NCBI GenBank assembly: GCA_951406725.2
Contig: OX597820.1
Coordinates: 75,020,001-75,084,000 of the forward strand
DNA length: 64,000 nucleotides
Source of the DNA: Octopus vulgaris
Taxonomy: Eukaryota
Direction: 5' to 3'
Positions 28,454 through 43,433 of the stretch are shown piece after piece (position 1 is the stretch's first letter; each line of letters begins with the position of its first letter). Position numbers and translations under genes: made by a program. The notes under the pieces were generated by a model. That model worked only from the letters and a program-made list of their open reading frames with translations. It was not told the DNA's origin and did no database searches.

Positions 28454-29909
28454 TAAATAGCACTCGTTAGTTAGACTAAATCCTACGTTCAAACATGTAA
28501 TAGAATTATGGCAGATGAAAATTAACTGGCATCTTCAAATCCCATTACTAATTTTCATTGTCTTGAAAGCGATGTTTTCAAACATCATATCACATAGTAC
28601 CATGAATATTGTATAGAATTTGTTTTTTCCATTTTATATATATATATATATATCAATTCTTTTTATTTGTAATATTAATCCCAACCTGTTGTCGTTATTA
28701 ATCACTCCTATGAATCATGTAGTAGGCTTTCAGTCAGCTTGCAATGTGCTTTCCGTTTATGATCTCTGTTTGTTTAAGGTGTTTCCTAATGGTTTATAAT
28801 TGTTTCTGTTCGTGTCACTGTGAGAAAACAAGTTGGAAATATAGGGTAAAAATAAAGAAAACTGACATCCATACCATTTCATTACCATCACACGCATCAC
28901 CATCTATCACTTGCGTTCATATCAATTAACGTAAGTGATGGACTCTTATTTATTTCATGATTTATTAATTTCCCCGTTTATCCTTTGTATGATTCACGCA
29001 AACATATAATTGTGCGTTTTCACCTCTTCGCATTATTATTTCTGGATAAATATAGGTAATATAGATATCCATGATGTTTTTTTTTTTCATGTATGGTTAT
29101 ATTCTCTTGTTTGAGTGGAAAAGTCGTTGCCTGGATTCACAATTAATAATTGATATATTGGTTCTCAAATAACTACAGTTTGATGAGAGACATTTGTAGC
29201 AATAAAACATAGTTTGTGTCGAATGACCCTTATCAACATGAATTTCTTTAATAATTTTAAAAAAACTGATTTGGAATAATTGACATGTTGGTAATCAGAA
29301 CAATAGATGATAGGTGATAAAACTCTAATCACCATGTAGACTATTTCAAAAATATTGCAAAAATATTCAGAATATTGCAGGACGGCAACTGCGCGATAAA
29401 TTGGTTTAAATTGTGGCTCCTCGAAATAATGAAAAGCAAAGTTGACAAGTGAACCGCAGCGGAAATTTAATAAAGAACGTAATGACGAACGAAATGCTGC
29501 TAAGCATTTTGTCCGCCGTGCTAATGATTCTGACTGCTTGCCGCCTTTAATGGTTTCAAATTTCTGCTCAAGTTCGGGGGTAGGGTGAAGACGATTACAT
29601 AAACCCCAGTTCTCAGCAGGTTCTTATTTTATCGATCCTGAAACTATAAGACAAAGTCGACTTCTTGCAGAATTTGGACTCAGAGCCCGAAAACAGACGA
29701 AAGGCTAGAGAGAAATTTTGCCTGTGAGCGAACGATTCTGGCATTGTATATTATGTTTCCACGCTGGGAATCGAAACACACACACACACACGAGTAGAGA
29801 GATAGTAAACAGAGAAACAGACATATATTTCAAATTTACAGGAAACAAACATTTAAAGGAACAACAAGCAGATGTATTAGTTTAATGCTCGATATATATT
29901 TGTATGTGA

Positions 29910-30022
<113 letters not shown>

Positions 30023-30351
30023 GGACAGAAGCTTCTTTCTTTGGAATGATGGATCTCGAAGCAAAAAAGCTATATAAAGTAGCATATATTTCTTGCATTA
30101 AAAACACTTTGGCAGCACGTGGGACTTGAACTCAAATCTGCTGTAATCACGGCAATCTTCGACTTTCTTTTTCGAAGGATTATTTAACCCAATATTTAAA
30201 ACTAATATTTATAGCTTTATCTTCCTTCGAGATCCACTGTTCGAAAAAAGAATTATTTCATGTTATCTTGGTGTCTATATATCCTTCTTAGGTCAGGGCT
30301 GTGTTTGCTTGCATGTGTGTATGTTTATACACACACACATATATATGTACC

Positions 30352-30384
<33 letters not shown>

Positions 30385-31809
30385 GTACATATGTGTATTG
30401 TTCTTGTATTGTTAATCTTTTCCAGTACATTTGCTTCATTGTTATTTTGATCTTCCCTTACTAATATTCCGTGTATTTTCTTTTATCTCGTTTTTCTTCA
30501 GTCTTTTGATTTCTCGCTTCTTTTCTTCATTTCTAATTAATTCTCAGAATTTAACACAGAAATTTTGATACGACTCCAATTTAGCAAGAAGCTACACACT
30601 GCCTTATAACAATACAACGGCTATCTCTTCATCTTTTTTAATAGTATACGTATGAATGCATGAATGTTTCGTGTGGGTGTATTTGTGAGTGCATATGTAT
30701 ATATATATATATATATATCTATATAAGCATATACATGTAAATTTCTAGACACATACATAAATATATAAGCATATATACTGTGTGTCTCGGGGAGGGCAGG
30801 ATGTTTCTATATGTGTTTTATCAATGAATCTGAAGGACAATTGTATAAACATTTATTTGTGAATGGATCGCTTATCTTTCAGAAGCACGAACGACTAGCT
30901 TTGTTTTGTAGTAGCTGTTTTTATAACTTTTTTCGTTCAATGTTTCTTTACTAGACTCCATTAAGCTATCTGTGATCAGTGCATATCAAAGATTGTATTG
31001 TTTTCCAGTAGTTATCTATATAAACTACATATATTTATCTGAAAGTTGTTTTCTCTATGAAAACGATAGTATAAAGGAAATCATATACCAAATTTTGCCG
31101 TTCAATCTTCCATATTTAATTATCAGCATTTAGAAGTGACAACTTATTTCTCACACTTACTTATAAACATCTATCTAGCGTTCGATCTGTATGTTTGTAT
31201 GTATGTATGTATGTATGTATGTATGTATGTATGTATGTATGTATGTATGTATGTATGCATGCATGCATGTATGTATGTATTTATGTATGTGTGTGCCTGT
31301 ATGTAAATGAAGCGCGCATATGCACTATGAGTAATATATAACATTACATATTTAAATATTTACACACGCGCGCACAGATACATATATCATATACATCTAT
31401 CTACAACATGCATATGTATGATATGTTACGCATATATATATATATATATGATGTGTATATTGTGCACACACACACATACACACACGTGTGTGTGTATACG
31501 CATATCTACTGGTATAGCTATCTCATGACGAACTACACTTAATTGACCTTATAATATTGAAGTGGACACATTCTAAAGGAAAGTTACCGTTACTGAGACA
31601 CAGCATGCCAAATCTAGAAGAACTGCCTGAGCAGTATATAGGCATGATGGAATGACAAGTCAAAGAACAACGCTTCAATAATTCCTTATCCAGAGTGTGA
31701 TAGATGAGAAGGATATAACAAAATTTTCAATTGCAATATGTTAACTATTTCCATAACTAGTGAAACACCATCGAAAGATCTAAATTCTGTAAAAACGAGG
31801 CTAAATAAT

Positions 31810-32207
31810 GCTTTCAAATTTTGCCAAAAGGGCAGCAATTTGGGGGAAGAGGTTAAGTCGATTACGTCGACCTAAGTGTGCATCTGTTACTTATTTTATC
31901 GATTCCGAAAGGATGAAAGGCAAAGTCGACCTCGGCGGAATTTGAACTCAGAACGTAACGGCAGATGAAATACCAATTTCTTTACTACCCACGAGGAGTT
32001 AAACACAGAGAGGACAAACAAGGACAGACAAACGGATTAATTCGATTACATCGACCCCAGTGTTTAACTGGTACTTAGTTTATCGACCCCGAAAGGATGA
32101 AATTCAAAGTCGACCTCGGCGGAATTTGAACTCAGAATGTAACGGCAGATGAAATACCGCTAAGCATTTCGCCCGGCGTGCTAACGTTTCTGCCAGTTGG
32201 CAGCCTA
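31810..32207 (-). mobile_element. SINE family B (Meta-domain-like), internally duplicated
   Basis: gagttcaaattccgccgaggtcgactttgcctttcatcctttcggggtcgataa on the minus strand, present twice. Confidence 0.75.
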
Positions 32208-32639
32208 AATGTGATTAAATAAGGATAAATATAACCAGGCGAGACATACCTTATACTTAAAATCATTTACATTTCTACAGAATAACTGGAATTACTGCCC
32301 AAGTCTAAACGCTCCGACACTAAATATTTAGCTGATTAACTTCTTGTTTACATATATTTCTGCATTATTGAATCCACTTTTCCAGTATGTTACGTTATCA
32401 ATGAATGCGCCATATTCATTGTAAGAGGTCTGCTAAAAGAAAAAAGATTGTGACAGAGCTAAAGATAGCAAAGTGAATCTGCAAGGCACAGGTTGATATT
32501 TGAATCTGTTGTGCACGTACACTAAATTATAATGTCCTCGCTCACTTTCGGTTGTTTTTTTAAAAATTTTTATATAGCTGTGCTTGGAAGTAAAATGTAT
32601 AGAGTGTGATAGTATCACCTCACCTAAGACGTTGTATCA

Positions 32640-32980
32640 GTGACCATGACAGAGGAAATATGATGTACTTGAGTTCGGGCGTGGAAAGAGACACGGTTTG
32701 AAGGCTATTACGACCAAGAACCCTTCCAAAAATCACATCGCACATGAATGGAACAAAATTTCAAGACGTCGAGAAAATCCGAGAGAACGCCACGAGGGAG
32801 CAGCTCGCAACCCGCAGAAAAAGTAGTTCCAGGATTGCTTCCATCAATGGAAATGAGGATGGATAAAGGGCGCAGCCTCAGAAGGGAACTACTTCGAAGG
32901 AGATTAAATGCCAAATTAATGTGTTGTAGCTTTCTTTTTATAGCACCAGTTCCAACACTTCTTGATCGTTCATCGTCTAT
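32640..32980 (+). mobile_element. Mariner transposase C-terminal fragment plus right end
   Basis: MNGTKFQDVEKIRENATREQLA..FQDCFHQWK..W.K.AASEGNYFEGD* across frameshifts matches the mariner C-terminal G.YFEGD motif. Confidence 0.75.
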
Positions 32981-33237
32981 ATAAGAATTAATTGATGTAC
33001 ATGCGTAATACATGTATATACGTATAGGTATATGCATTTGTGATTCAGCATACATATACGAATCACATATACATATACCTGGCTTTCGATAAATGATTCT
33101 ATTCAGCATATTCCCGTCTCAGATTCACACACTTATTGCAATTTTTCCAAGCCTTGTGAAAGAACTAGGAAGTTTGGTCCTCCAACCAAGCCTTTCCGTG
33201 ATACTCTTAGAGCCGGGAAATTTTCAGTATCCCTCTC

Positions 33238-33287
<50 letters not shown>

Positions 33288-33915
33288 TTAGCGGTTCGGC
33301 AAAGAGACCGATAGAATAAGTACTGGGGTTCCAAAGAATAAGTCCCAGGGTCGATTTGCTCGACTAAAGGCGGTGCTCCAGCATGACCGCAGTCAAATGA
33401 CTGAAACAAGTAAAAGAGTAAAAGGGTAAAAAAGATATATATATGAATATATACGTGTATGCACGTGTTGGCGTGCTTATCACTGCTAAAGTAAATTCTC
33501 CACTGCTGCTGTAGAGTTACATCACAAAACTCGTTGAAGCCTTCTTATCTATTATTAAATTTACAATCCCTTTTTATTTTATGCTAATATGCCACACAAG
33601 ATTAATTTAATTGTGTCAGTTTTTCTTTTTATCCTGTATATTCCTTGTAGTAACTATTCCCTTTTTAACTTTCCCTTTCCTTTACTAAATAATCTACTAT
33701 TATATATATTTCTTTTTTTTTTTTCTCTGATACCATAGTAAAACATCATTATTTCATATTCTATGAGTTGAGCGCCATATGCCTTTGTTTTCCAACCTGC
33801 ATCTATCGGAGACTTCGTATGGTTTAAATATTCTGGATACGTCGCTTCAGGGAATTACAGCGAAATTTGTCATGACGTTTACAGATACAACGTGTTGTAT
33901 ATCAATGAATATATA

Positions 33916-34320
33916 CTCTTTTACTTGTTTCAGTTATTTGACTGCGGCCATGCTGGAGCACCGCCTTTAGTCGAGCAACTCGACCCGGGGACTTATTCTT
34001 TGTAAGCCCAGTACTTATTCTATCGGTCTTTTTTGCCGAACCGCTAAGTGACGGGGACATAAACACACCAGCATCGGTTGTCAAGCAATGCTAGGGGGAC
34101 AAACACAGACACACAAGCACACACGCACACACACATATATATATATACATATATACGACGGGCTTCTTTCAGTTTCCGTCTACCAAATCCACTCACAAGA
34201 CTTTGGTCAGCCCGAGGCTATAGTAGAAGACACTTGCCCAAGGTGCCACGCAGTGGGACTGAACCCGGAACCATGTGGTTGGTAAGCAAGCTACTTACCA
34301 CACAGCCACTCCTGCGCCTA
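33916..34320 (-). mobile_element. SINE family A, near full length and young
   Basis: Complete head (A and B boxes), CORE-like block, internal (TA)/(CA) tract and 3' tail gtaaaagag. Confidence 0.85.
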
Positions 34321-34327
34321 TATATAT

Positions 34328-35404
34328 ATTTTTCGTTGTGCTTATTGTCCTGTATCTCTTTTTTTCTTTTTTGCTTGTCCTGTTCCTTGGTTTGTGTCTA
34401 TGTTTTTCGTCTCTCTATGTGTTCGACGTCTTTTTGGTGTCCTGTACACATATATGCGTGTATATGTACATGTAGAGGTACGTACGTACATATATGTTTA
34501 TATATATGCATATGTTCTATTTTATTAACATATTATACGACTAAACGCACGCACCCTATTAAGTAAGATTGTTCTGTTTATCAAGTTAGCCTTGATATTA
34601 ACTCTCACGCGACTCTGCATCTTTCTTTCTTTCTCTCCCATTCCCTTTTTCGTCCTTTTTCCCTCACTTAACTTGTCTCTTCCTCTCTCTCTCATTCTTC
34701 ATTCTCTCTCTCCCCCTCACCATTCTTCATGGTCTCCTCGCACCATTCCCCTTCTTCTCTCTCTTCCTCTTGCTCCTCCTCCCCCATTCCCGTCGTCCAT
34801 CTGCGACGATACTTCCGTCGTAACTGCTATCCTGTCTTTTCTCGCCCGCCTTCTAAGGCCACTGGTCGACATTCTTTCTCTCTCGTCGTCCACTATAATC
34901 CAGCGTTTGCATTACTTTTTTCGTCTGGCGTAAACAGCCCTTCTTATCTTGTTCTCCTTGTCCTGTCTCTCACTGTTATATATTTATTTTTCAACTGTTT
35001 ATATATAATTTTTTTTTTTACTGTTTATATGTTTGTACTGTCGTTACCGTCTTGCTTTTTTTTACCATTTTTTACCCCTCTGCGAAAAGATCTCAGAATT
35101 TTAATTGATTTGCTTTTCGCAGGAAGGAAGTTTCTTCGAAGTATACGTCTCGCTTTTATCCTTCGAAACGTAGAGTAGATGAAACCTTAGCGACTGAAGA
35201 AGGGGATTTTTCGTTGTGCTTATTGTCCTGTATCTCTTTTTTTCTTTTTTGCTTGTCCTGTTCCTTGGTTTGTGTCTATGTTTTTCGTCTCTCTATGTGT
35301 TCGACGTCTTTTTGGTGTCCTGTACACATATATGCGTGTATATGTACATGTAGAGGTAGGTACGTACATATATGTTTATATATATGCATATGTTCTATTT
35401 TATT

Positions 35405-35411
<7 letters not shown>
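34328..35411 (+). mobile_element. Partial-tandem non-coding element (878-bp unit, 206-bp terminal direct repeats)
   Basis: 34328-34533 repeated at 35206-35411 with about one mismatch; flanked by (TA)n; no TG..CA termini. Confidence 0.7.
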
Positions 35412-35459
<48 letters not shown>

Positions 35460-35622
35460 GCATGTATGTATGTATAAAATAAATGTATATGTGTGCGGGT
35501 GCTTGTGCATGTAGATGTGTGTGCGCATTATTGTGTGTGTGTGGTTGTGTCCTTCGCACGCCCTACTATCTTGGTGAAGTAACGATGCGTGAAATGAAAT
35601 GACTCACGCAAGGGCACGTGGC

Positions 35623-35668
<46 letters not shown>

Positions 35669-36103
35669 ACAAATATTAAAAATAAGGGTTACTCCGAAGT
35701 ACCAATAGCATCTTTCTATTCTTTCTTTTATTATTTCACCTGTTTGAGTCATTTGACTACGGATATGCTGGAGCACCACCGTTAGTCGAACAACCTTTTC
35801 CCAGGACTTATTCTTTGTAAGCCTATATTTATTCTATTGGTGCCTTTTGCCGAACCGCTAGCTAGCGGGAACGTAAAAGCACCAAAGATAGGCTGTCAAG
35901 CGATGGTGGGGGACAAACACAGACACACAAACATACACACATACCTTCATTATGCATGTATATATATATATATATATTTTATTTTTTCTAGTGTCAGCTC
36001 AGAGCTGCGGCCATGCTGATGCACCGCCGTTTTGTGCTACAATGTTATTTTGAATAACTGGGAGCAAACTGGTAATCGTTTTGGGACAATCCCCTACTTT
36101 TTA

Positions 36104-36604
<501 letters not shown>

Positions 36605-38289
36605 AGGTAGGTAGGTAGGTATGCATGTATGCATGTTTGTGTATATACACATATGTTTGTATATGTGTATAAATATATATATGTATGTTATATATATACA
36701 TAGATGTATATTTGTGTGTATGTATGTACGTTTGCATTTATGAATATATAAATGTGCGGCCGCGTATCTGTATCGGTATAATCAGAAATATTAACATTTT
36801 GAATGCATTTAATACATACGTTTCGAGTAACTGCTAAAAAAATAATAACTGTTGCGTTATGCAAACTTGGTCAGTTCACAATTCAATAGATGACGTTACA
36901 TAAGCATAAATATTTGTCCATTGTATTGTAATTGGCGGAGAGTCTTAGAAAATCTGCCCAAATTCAATGGAGAGTTAAATACAGAGAGAAAATAAGTCGG
37001 TAGAGTAAGAGTGGGATACTAAAAAGGAAGAGTAAAAGAGAATATAAATATATGTGCAAATAGATAAATGAATGATTAAACATACCAAAAAAAGACACAT
37101 TTGCCGAGATAAGCTAGAAAAGGAAAGGATGAATGAAAGTGTATTAAAGATAAAATGGAAAAGGAAAAGGGGAAGAGAGCCAGATAAAAATTTGGTGCTG
37201 GATGAGGCAAAGACGAAAATGAAGACAAGAGGTATCCAAACATAGGATCTGCTTACAGATAATTAAAGAAAGAAAAGTTAATGTGTTCTGGCTATTTCTA
37301 TCGGAAAATAATGTAGTACCGCTGATCGGCCGCCATATGTAAACATAGATTTAACCACACACATATCACCACAAAAACATCCATACGCATACATACTACA
37401 CTTACGTGGTTACACATACATGTCTATATTCATGTTTATATATAAGTATTTATTTATATATACATATACATATACATTATATATACAAATATACGCAAAT
37501 ATATACACAGGCACTCCACTCCACACAAATATACACACACGTGAATGTGTGTGTGTGTGTGTGTGTGCGTTTGTGTGTATAAGTGTTTACATACAAGAAT
37601 GTAGATAAACATACACTTATGTGCATGTATTGATACAACCGAAGGTAGAAATACACACACGTGTGTGTATTCTTATATATATAACAATCATAATTCAATC
37701 GAATGCTGCCTATATAAAAATCAGAGAGATGAGGGAGAGATGGAGAGATAGATAGAGAGAGAAAGGGGCTGTGCGAAGTTGTTTTATTATAGTGAGTTAA
37801 AAAAAAAAGACTAGAGCGTGTTAGAAGCAGACACAAAATATTTTCAAATATGAAATAGATAAGAAAAAAAGGCAGTAAATTAAGATTAAATGTAAAATAA
37901 TGTAAAGTAATATAAGACGAAGAAATGATTTAGAAAGAACGAAGAACGTATAAGTAAATCGTAGACTGTGCCAAATGGAATTTTGAAATGTATATGAATT
38001 TGAATGATGCCAAATGAGATTTTGGAAAATATGAATGTTGTAGAGTTTTCCAATAAAGAAAAAAAAAAAAAAAGAATTTCGTGATATTTATGATGATGAG
38101 AAAAATTTCTAGCCAATAATTTATAAAAGATCTTCAAAAGAAGTTTCAATATTATTGGTGAAGAGCGGATTATAGCAGGAAATTTCATGCTTCCTGCTTT
38201 TTCTAATAGTAATATTAGTCGGATATTTTAAGGCATGGAGTTAGCAGAATCGATAGCAATTTCATCTGTCTTTATATTTTCACTTTAAA

Positions 38290-38797
38290 TTCCTTTTCTA
38301 TTCTAGGCACCAGGCTCGAAATTTTGGAGAAGGGGGCCAGTCGATAACATCGACTTCACTACGCAACTGGTACTTAATTTATCGACCCCGAAAGGATGAA
38401 AGGCTAAGTCGACCTCGGCGGAATTTGAACTCGGAACGTAGCCGTAGAGGAAATACCTATTTCTTTACTACCCACAAGGAGCTAAACACAGAGAGGTCAA
38501 ACAAGGACAGACAAACGGATTAAGTCGATTATATTGACCCCAGTGCGTAACTGGTACTTATTCAATCGACCCCGAAAGGATGAAAGGCAAAGTCGACCTC
38601 GGCGGAATTTGAACTCAGAACATAACGGCAGACGGAATACCGCAAAGCATTTTGCCCGGAGTGCTAACGTTTCTCCCAGATCGCCGCCTTTAAAATATTC
38701 TTTTCTACTCTAAGCAGAAAGACCGAAATTATTTGGGAGGAGGCCAATCGATTACATCGACCCCAGTATGCAACTGGTACTTAATTTACCGACCCTG
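38290..38797 (-). mobile_element. SINE family B cluster
   Basis: Same dimeric organisation as 31810-32207 plus a further 3' fragment. Confidence 0.75.
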
Positions 38798-40608
38798 TAT
38801 GCAATTGTATTCTTCTTCTCACAAAAGCTGCCATATGTTGAATTTTCAACCTCTTGGGCTTCTAGTATGACACATCAACATAATTGATTTACCTGGTTAA
38901 AAAGGATTCAATGCATCGAGGAATACTCTACTAAGAAAGGCCATTCACACATAATTCTTACACACCTAATATTCTTGTTGCCAGCCATGTATGAGGCAAT
39001 ATATATATATATGTTCAATATTTTCTATTTTAAAAGATGTTTTCTGAATTCCAATGTGATTTTTTGAACTCTTATTGCTCCAGTATCTATGAGATGTCCA
39101 CAAAAGGAAAATGCTCCTGCGCACTGACTATTCCATTAACATATATGTAACTGTAACATATATAAATCAGATGTGAATTCTCTCATATACAGGTATGTCT
39201 TTTCTATCATAAGCTCGTACTTCAATATAAAATTATTTAATAATATAAGTTCTCTGAAATATTTATTTGCAAAGGCAGAATTTATTGCAATGGTTTGCGA
39301 GCCTACGTTACGTGTCTCTTGCTTTAGCTACCGATGGATTTGGTTGAGTTATTTTGTAGCTTAAACGTTCTGAAGATAGCAGAAAAATATTGCTCAGCAC
39401 AGGTTTATGTTCTCTGCAGTAGCTAAAATAATTATGTTGCTTGAATAAACTGAGAAAACAAATAAATAAGGCAGTTATAGACCAATACTGGTTAGGAAAT
39501 ATCTCCATCGTATTTCCTGTTTTATTTCTTTTCACAACCTTCGTGATTCTGTGATTTACGTGTAGGAAAATAACGAAGAAATATTATTGGCTCATGATAA
39601 TGCAGAACCTAAAGATGAGACATGTTATGCCTTAATGTTTACATCTTAAATTCACATAACGTTCAAATCTGCAACGGATTTGGTCAGTCATTAAAGTCCG
39701 TATTCCTTGGAGATTTTGACAAAAACGTGCCCCGACGCTATAAAGTTATGAAAAGGAAATATACACAAAGGTTTGTTTATGTTGGGATTTTAGTTCCTTA
39801 AAAGCGCAGTGATATGTGAATCATCTCCACTCACTTTGTAAATGGAACGAATGGTAGACACGTTGAGACTAAATTCACGGCTCACACCTGCAATACTCTT
39901 ACCGTCACATATTTTCTTGATCATCTATACCTTCTTCTGTAGAGAATAAACTAGCCTGCGTTGGTTGTTGGTATGAGACGCCTTTGCATGTTTTCTGTAC
40001 GCTGATGACATATTGATTGGTATGAGTTGATAAATCCATAAAAACACAATAGGCTGCGAATCAGTGATGTAAACACAAGTGATATTCAGTACATTCTGGG
40101 TATCTGAGCATTGTGGGTGGTCGCTGGGAGAGGACATTGCTGGGCAAGCAGTTTTGGATCGTTGAACCGTGTTGTTACAGATCAATCTGTGATAAGTGTA
40201 ACATGATTCATCATTGTGTGCACTATTTTACTTCAGATCAGTGAATGGAATACATGAGGCTACATGTAAAATATTTGAGGTTGAAAATAGTTCGAACAAA
40301 CAAAGGAAGTGTGAGAAATACATATGTCAGTAGACCATGAATCTCGAAGCAAATAAAACAAAATAAAACTATAAACAATAGCATATAAACATTGGGTTAA
40401 AAACCTTTGGACAGAAAAATTTGAAAGCTACTTATGGGACTCGACAACATACACTTCTCGCGGGTAAGATTAAAGTTTCTAAAATTTAGGGAGAAATGCG
40501 AAGGGCTGCTTTGGTTAGGTGGTAGATTGCTTGCCATGTTTACAGATGTGGGCTCTACTCCCACGGGCAGCCTTCTATTTCTTTTCTATCCAATATTTAC
40601 ACGCTTAA

Positions 40609-40820
40609 GGCGGCGCGCTGGCAGAAATGTTAGCACGCCGGGCGAAATTGTTAGCAGTATTTCGTTTGTCTACGTTCTGAGTTTAAATTCCATCGAGGTC
40701 GACTTTGTCTTTCATCATTTCGGGGTCGATAGATTAAGAACTAGTTGCGTATTTTGATCGATGTAATCGACTGGCCTCTCCCCCAAAATATCGGGCTTTG
40801 TGCCTAGAGTAGAAAAGAAT
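40609..40820 (+). mobile_element. SINE family B monomer
   Basis: ggcggcgcgctggcagaaatgttagcacgccgggcgaaat head, Meta-like core, agtagaaaagaat tail. Confidence 0.75.
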
Positions 40821-40953
40821 ATTCACACGCTATTATTTATAGCCTTGCCTGCGTTGATATCCACTGTTCATATTCTCTCGACGTTCCTAAATTGTTATGA
40901 CATAAACACTACATATGCATACACACACACACATACATATATACATACATATA

Positions 40954-41036
<83 letters not shown>

Positions 41037-41044
41037 GTATATAT

Positions 41045-41366
41045 ATTTTACAGAGATGTACTGGCATAGCAAGTGACTTGATCCGAGATCGTGTGCTGAA
41101 ACAAGAATAATTGCAGCGTGAAACACACAAGAACTGTTAGATTCACTTCAACATTTAAATATTATTTGGTGTCAGAATATTTTCGTCGCTTTGAAACCGC
41201 GACCTCTTCACTAACAAAATTACGTGCTGCATCTCTTCTCAGTGAACAGGTTGTTCAAAGCGGCGAAAATATTTTGACACAAATAAACTTTAAATGTTGA
41301 AGTGAATCTAACGGCTTTTGTGTGTTTTTAAATGGCTTATAAACACCTTCCACGCTGCAATTATTT
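41045..41366. repeat. Fold-back element with a variant hammerhead-like core
   Basis: Inverted arms at about 41106-41212 and 41241-41366, flanked by TA-rich DNA; relative at 57950-58185. Confidence 0.65.
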
Positions 41367-41827
41367 ATATATTTATATAGAGAAAGACGAAGACAATTTC
41401 ATGAACAACAAGCGAGTGTATTAGTTTAACGCTCGGGATAAAGGAAAAAGTCTTCTATGTTTCGAACCTATGTTCTTCAATAAAAAGGAATAGAGAAAAT
41501 AAACAGAGAGAGTATATTTCACGGTATTGATCATACTATCGGATGTTCTTATACATCGCTGGTCACGATATGCTTGCATTGTTTAAACCTTCGAATGACG
41601 CCACCCGCTAACTAGTCGAACAGGCCAACATGATCGGAACATTTATTCTGTCACCGTGTTCCCCTTTTAACCTGAGTGAGCTAGAGTAACGAGAAATGAA
41701 GTGTTTAGTTCAAGAAGACAATACGCCGGCCGGTTCGAGAACGCACGATCTAGCGATCCTAAGTGCAGCACCCAAGCCAAAAGTCCACTCGCCTTGACAT
41801 ACACACACATAAAGACATAGCTATATA

Positions 41828-41909
<82 letters not shown>

Positions 41910-43433
41910 TGCAGAGAGGGAAAACCGTTTTATGTACATTACAGTATTGTCTTTCTACGCTGATTTTCGTTATTGCTTTAGGGTACCCTAACTTGATTAA
42001 ACATTATGAAGAAATATTTCCATTTATTTTATTAGCGAAGAGAAAATATATCCACCATTTAAGCATTTCTCATTGCTAGAATTAACTTCTCTTGTGAACT
42101 GAAATACATTTCCCAATATTCTTTCTACACATTTCCTACACAGTTTTTATATTCAACACGTTTGATATCAAATTCCATTTAAACGCTTCATTTGAGATGA
42201 ATAAGGTAAAATGAAACCACGATTGAACAGAGTTTTGGCATTGCATATGCAATTTTCCGATTAAGCATCAATTTTTAATTTGTCTCTAAAAGTTATTTGC
42301 GATATTAGTTAATGTAATTTTAATAACATTTCTTTTAATTTCCTTTAAGTGTATACGTATATATTTTTTCTTTTATTCACGGTCACTTAATCCTTATTGG
42401 TATTGAAGTAGTTATTAAACAAAGTCAATTCTGTGTCAGCCATTACCGTACTTCAGCGCAAACTTCAGCACAAGAAGATGTCTCTCTTGTAGTAACGCTA
42501 CTTTCATCTCATGTTTACTGATGTTTTTAATTTGAAAGCACATTTTCAATAGAGAAATCAATATTCAGAGCTATGACTATGTATTTTGCTGAAATTTAAC
42601 ATTATGCTTGGCTTTCAAAATTTAATCAGTTATCTTTCAGTAAATTAGTTTTATATGAACACAGACAAATTATATCCGCACTTACATCCACAAATACATA
42701 TTGTTTACTATGTTTACAAAATAAAAATCGATGTTATTGACCGCTTTACCTACACATAAACACATACATATACCCACTCGCGTATACATACGTACATACA
42801 CACACGCGCTTTTATACACATACACTTAATTTAGGTTTATCCAGTAAGTATTAGAGCACGTAAAAACATGTCTAACTTCCTCAGAACTAATCATAAGAAG
42901 CTGGGTTTCACATGACCAAAAAAGAACGGGGCTAATCAAATGAGTACAACTGTAAACTTATCAAAGGTACAGTCGAATTATGTAAAACATTCATGAAGCT
43001 CAATATCTCCTAAGATGAACGTAGTATTAAAACGAGGCATCATCCATTTATTCTTTATCCGCATTCAGTATTTCCCACGGAAACTGGATGCATCTAGCAA
43101 ATTGTAAAGGAAGTGGCAGTTTTTAGGTAAAAAATCAGGCATAGTCGAGGTGTTTTATAACGAAAGGTCGTTCACCCATAACATTTTCATAACACGCTTT
43201 CAGATATACTACATCCTGTTCCAGATGGTTCAATCTGCTATATTCTAACGTAAATACGTTATTACTTGAAAAAGATTCACCTAGTATTGGAACAAGGTTG
43301 AGCGACCACGTATTGGTGTTTCTATGAAAACCCGTGATTACCCGTCAGCTAATTGGTGTTATATACACATACACACATACACATACGCACACAAACACAC
43401 AAACACACACGCACACACACACACATATATATA

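Noticed and set aside
32620-32945. Apparent minus-strand TATA box, first exon and GTGAG donor
   Set aside because: The plus strand is a mariner transposase C-terminus, which explains the GC-richer sequence
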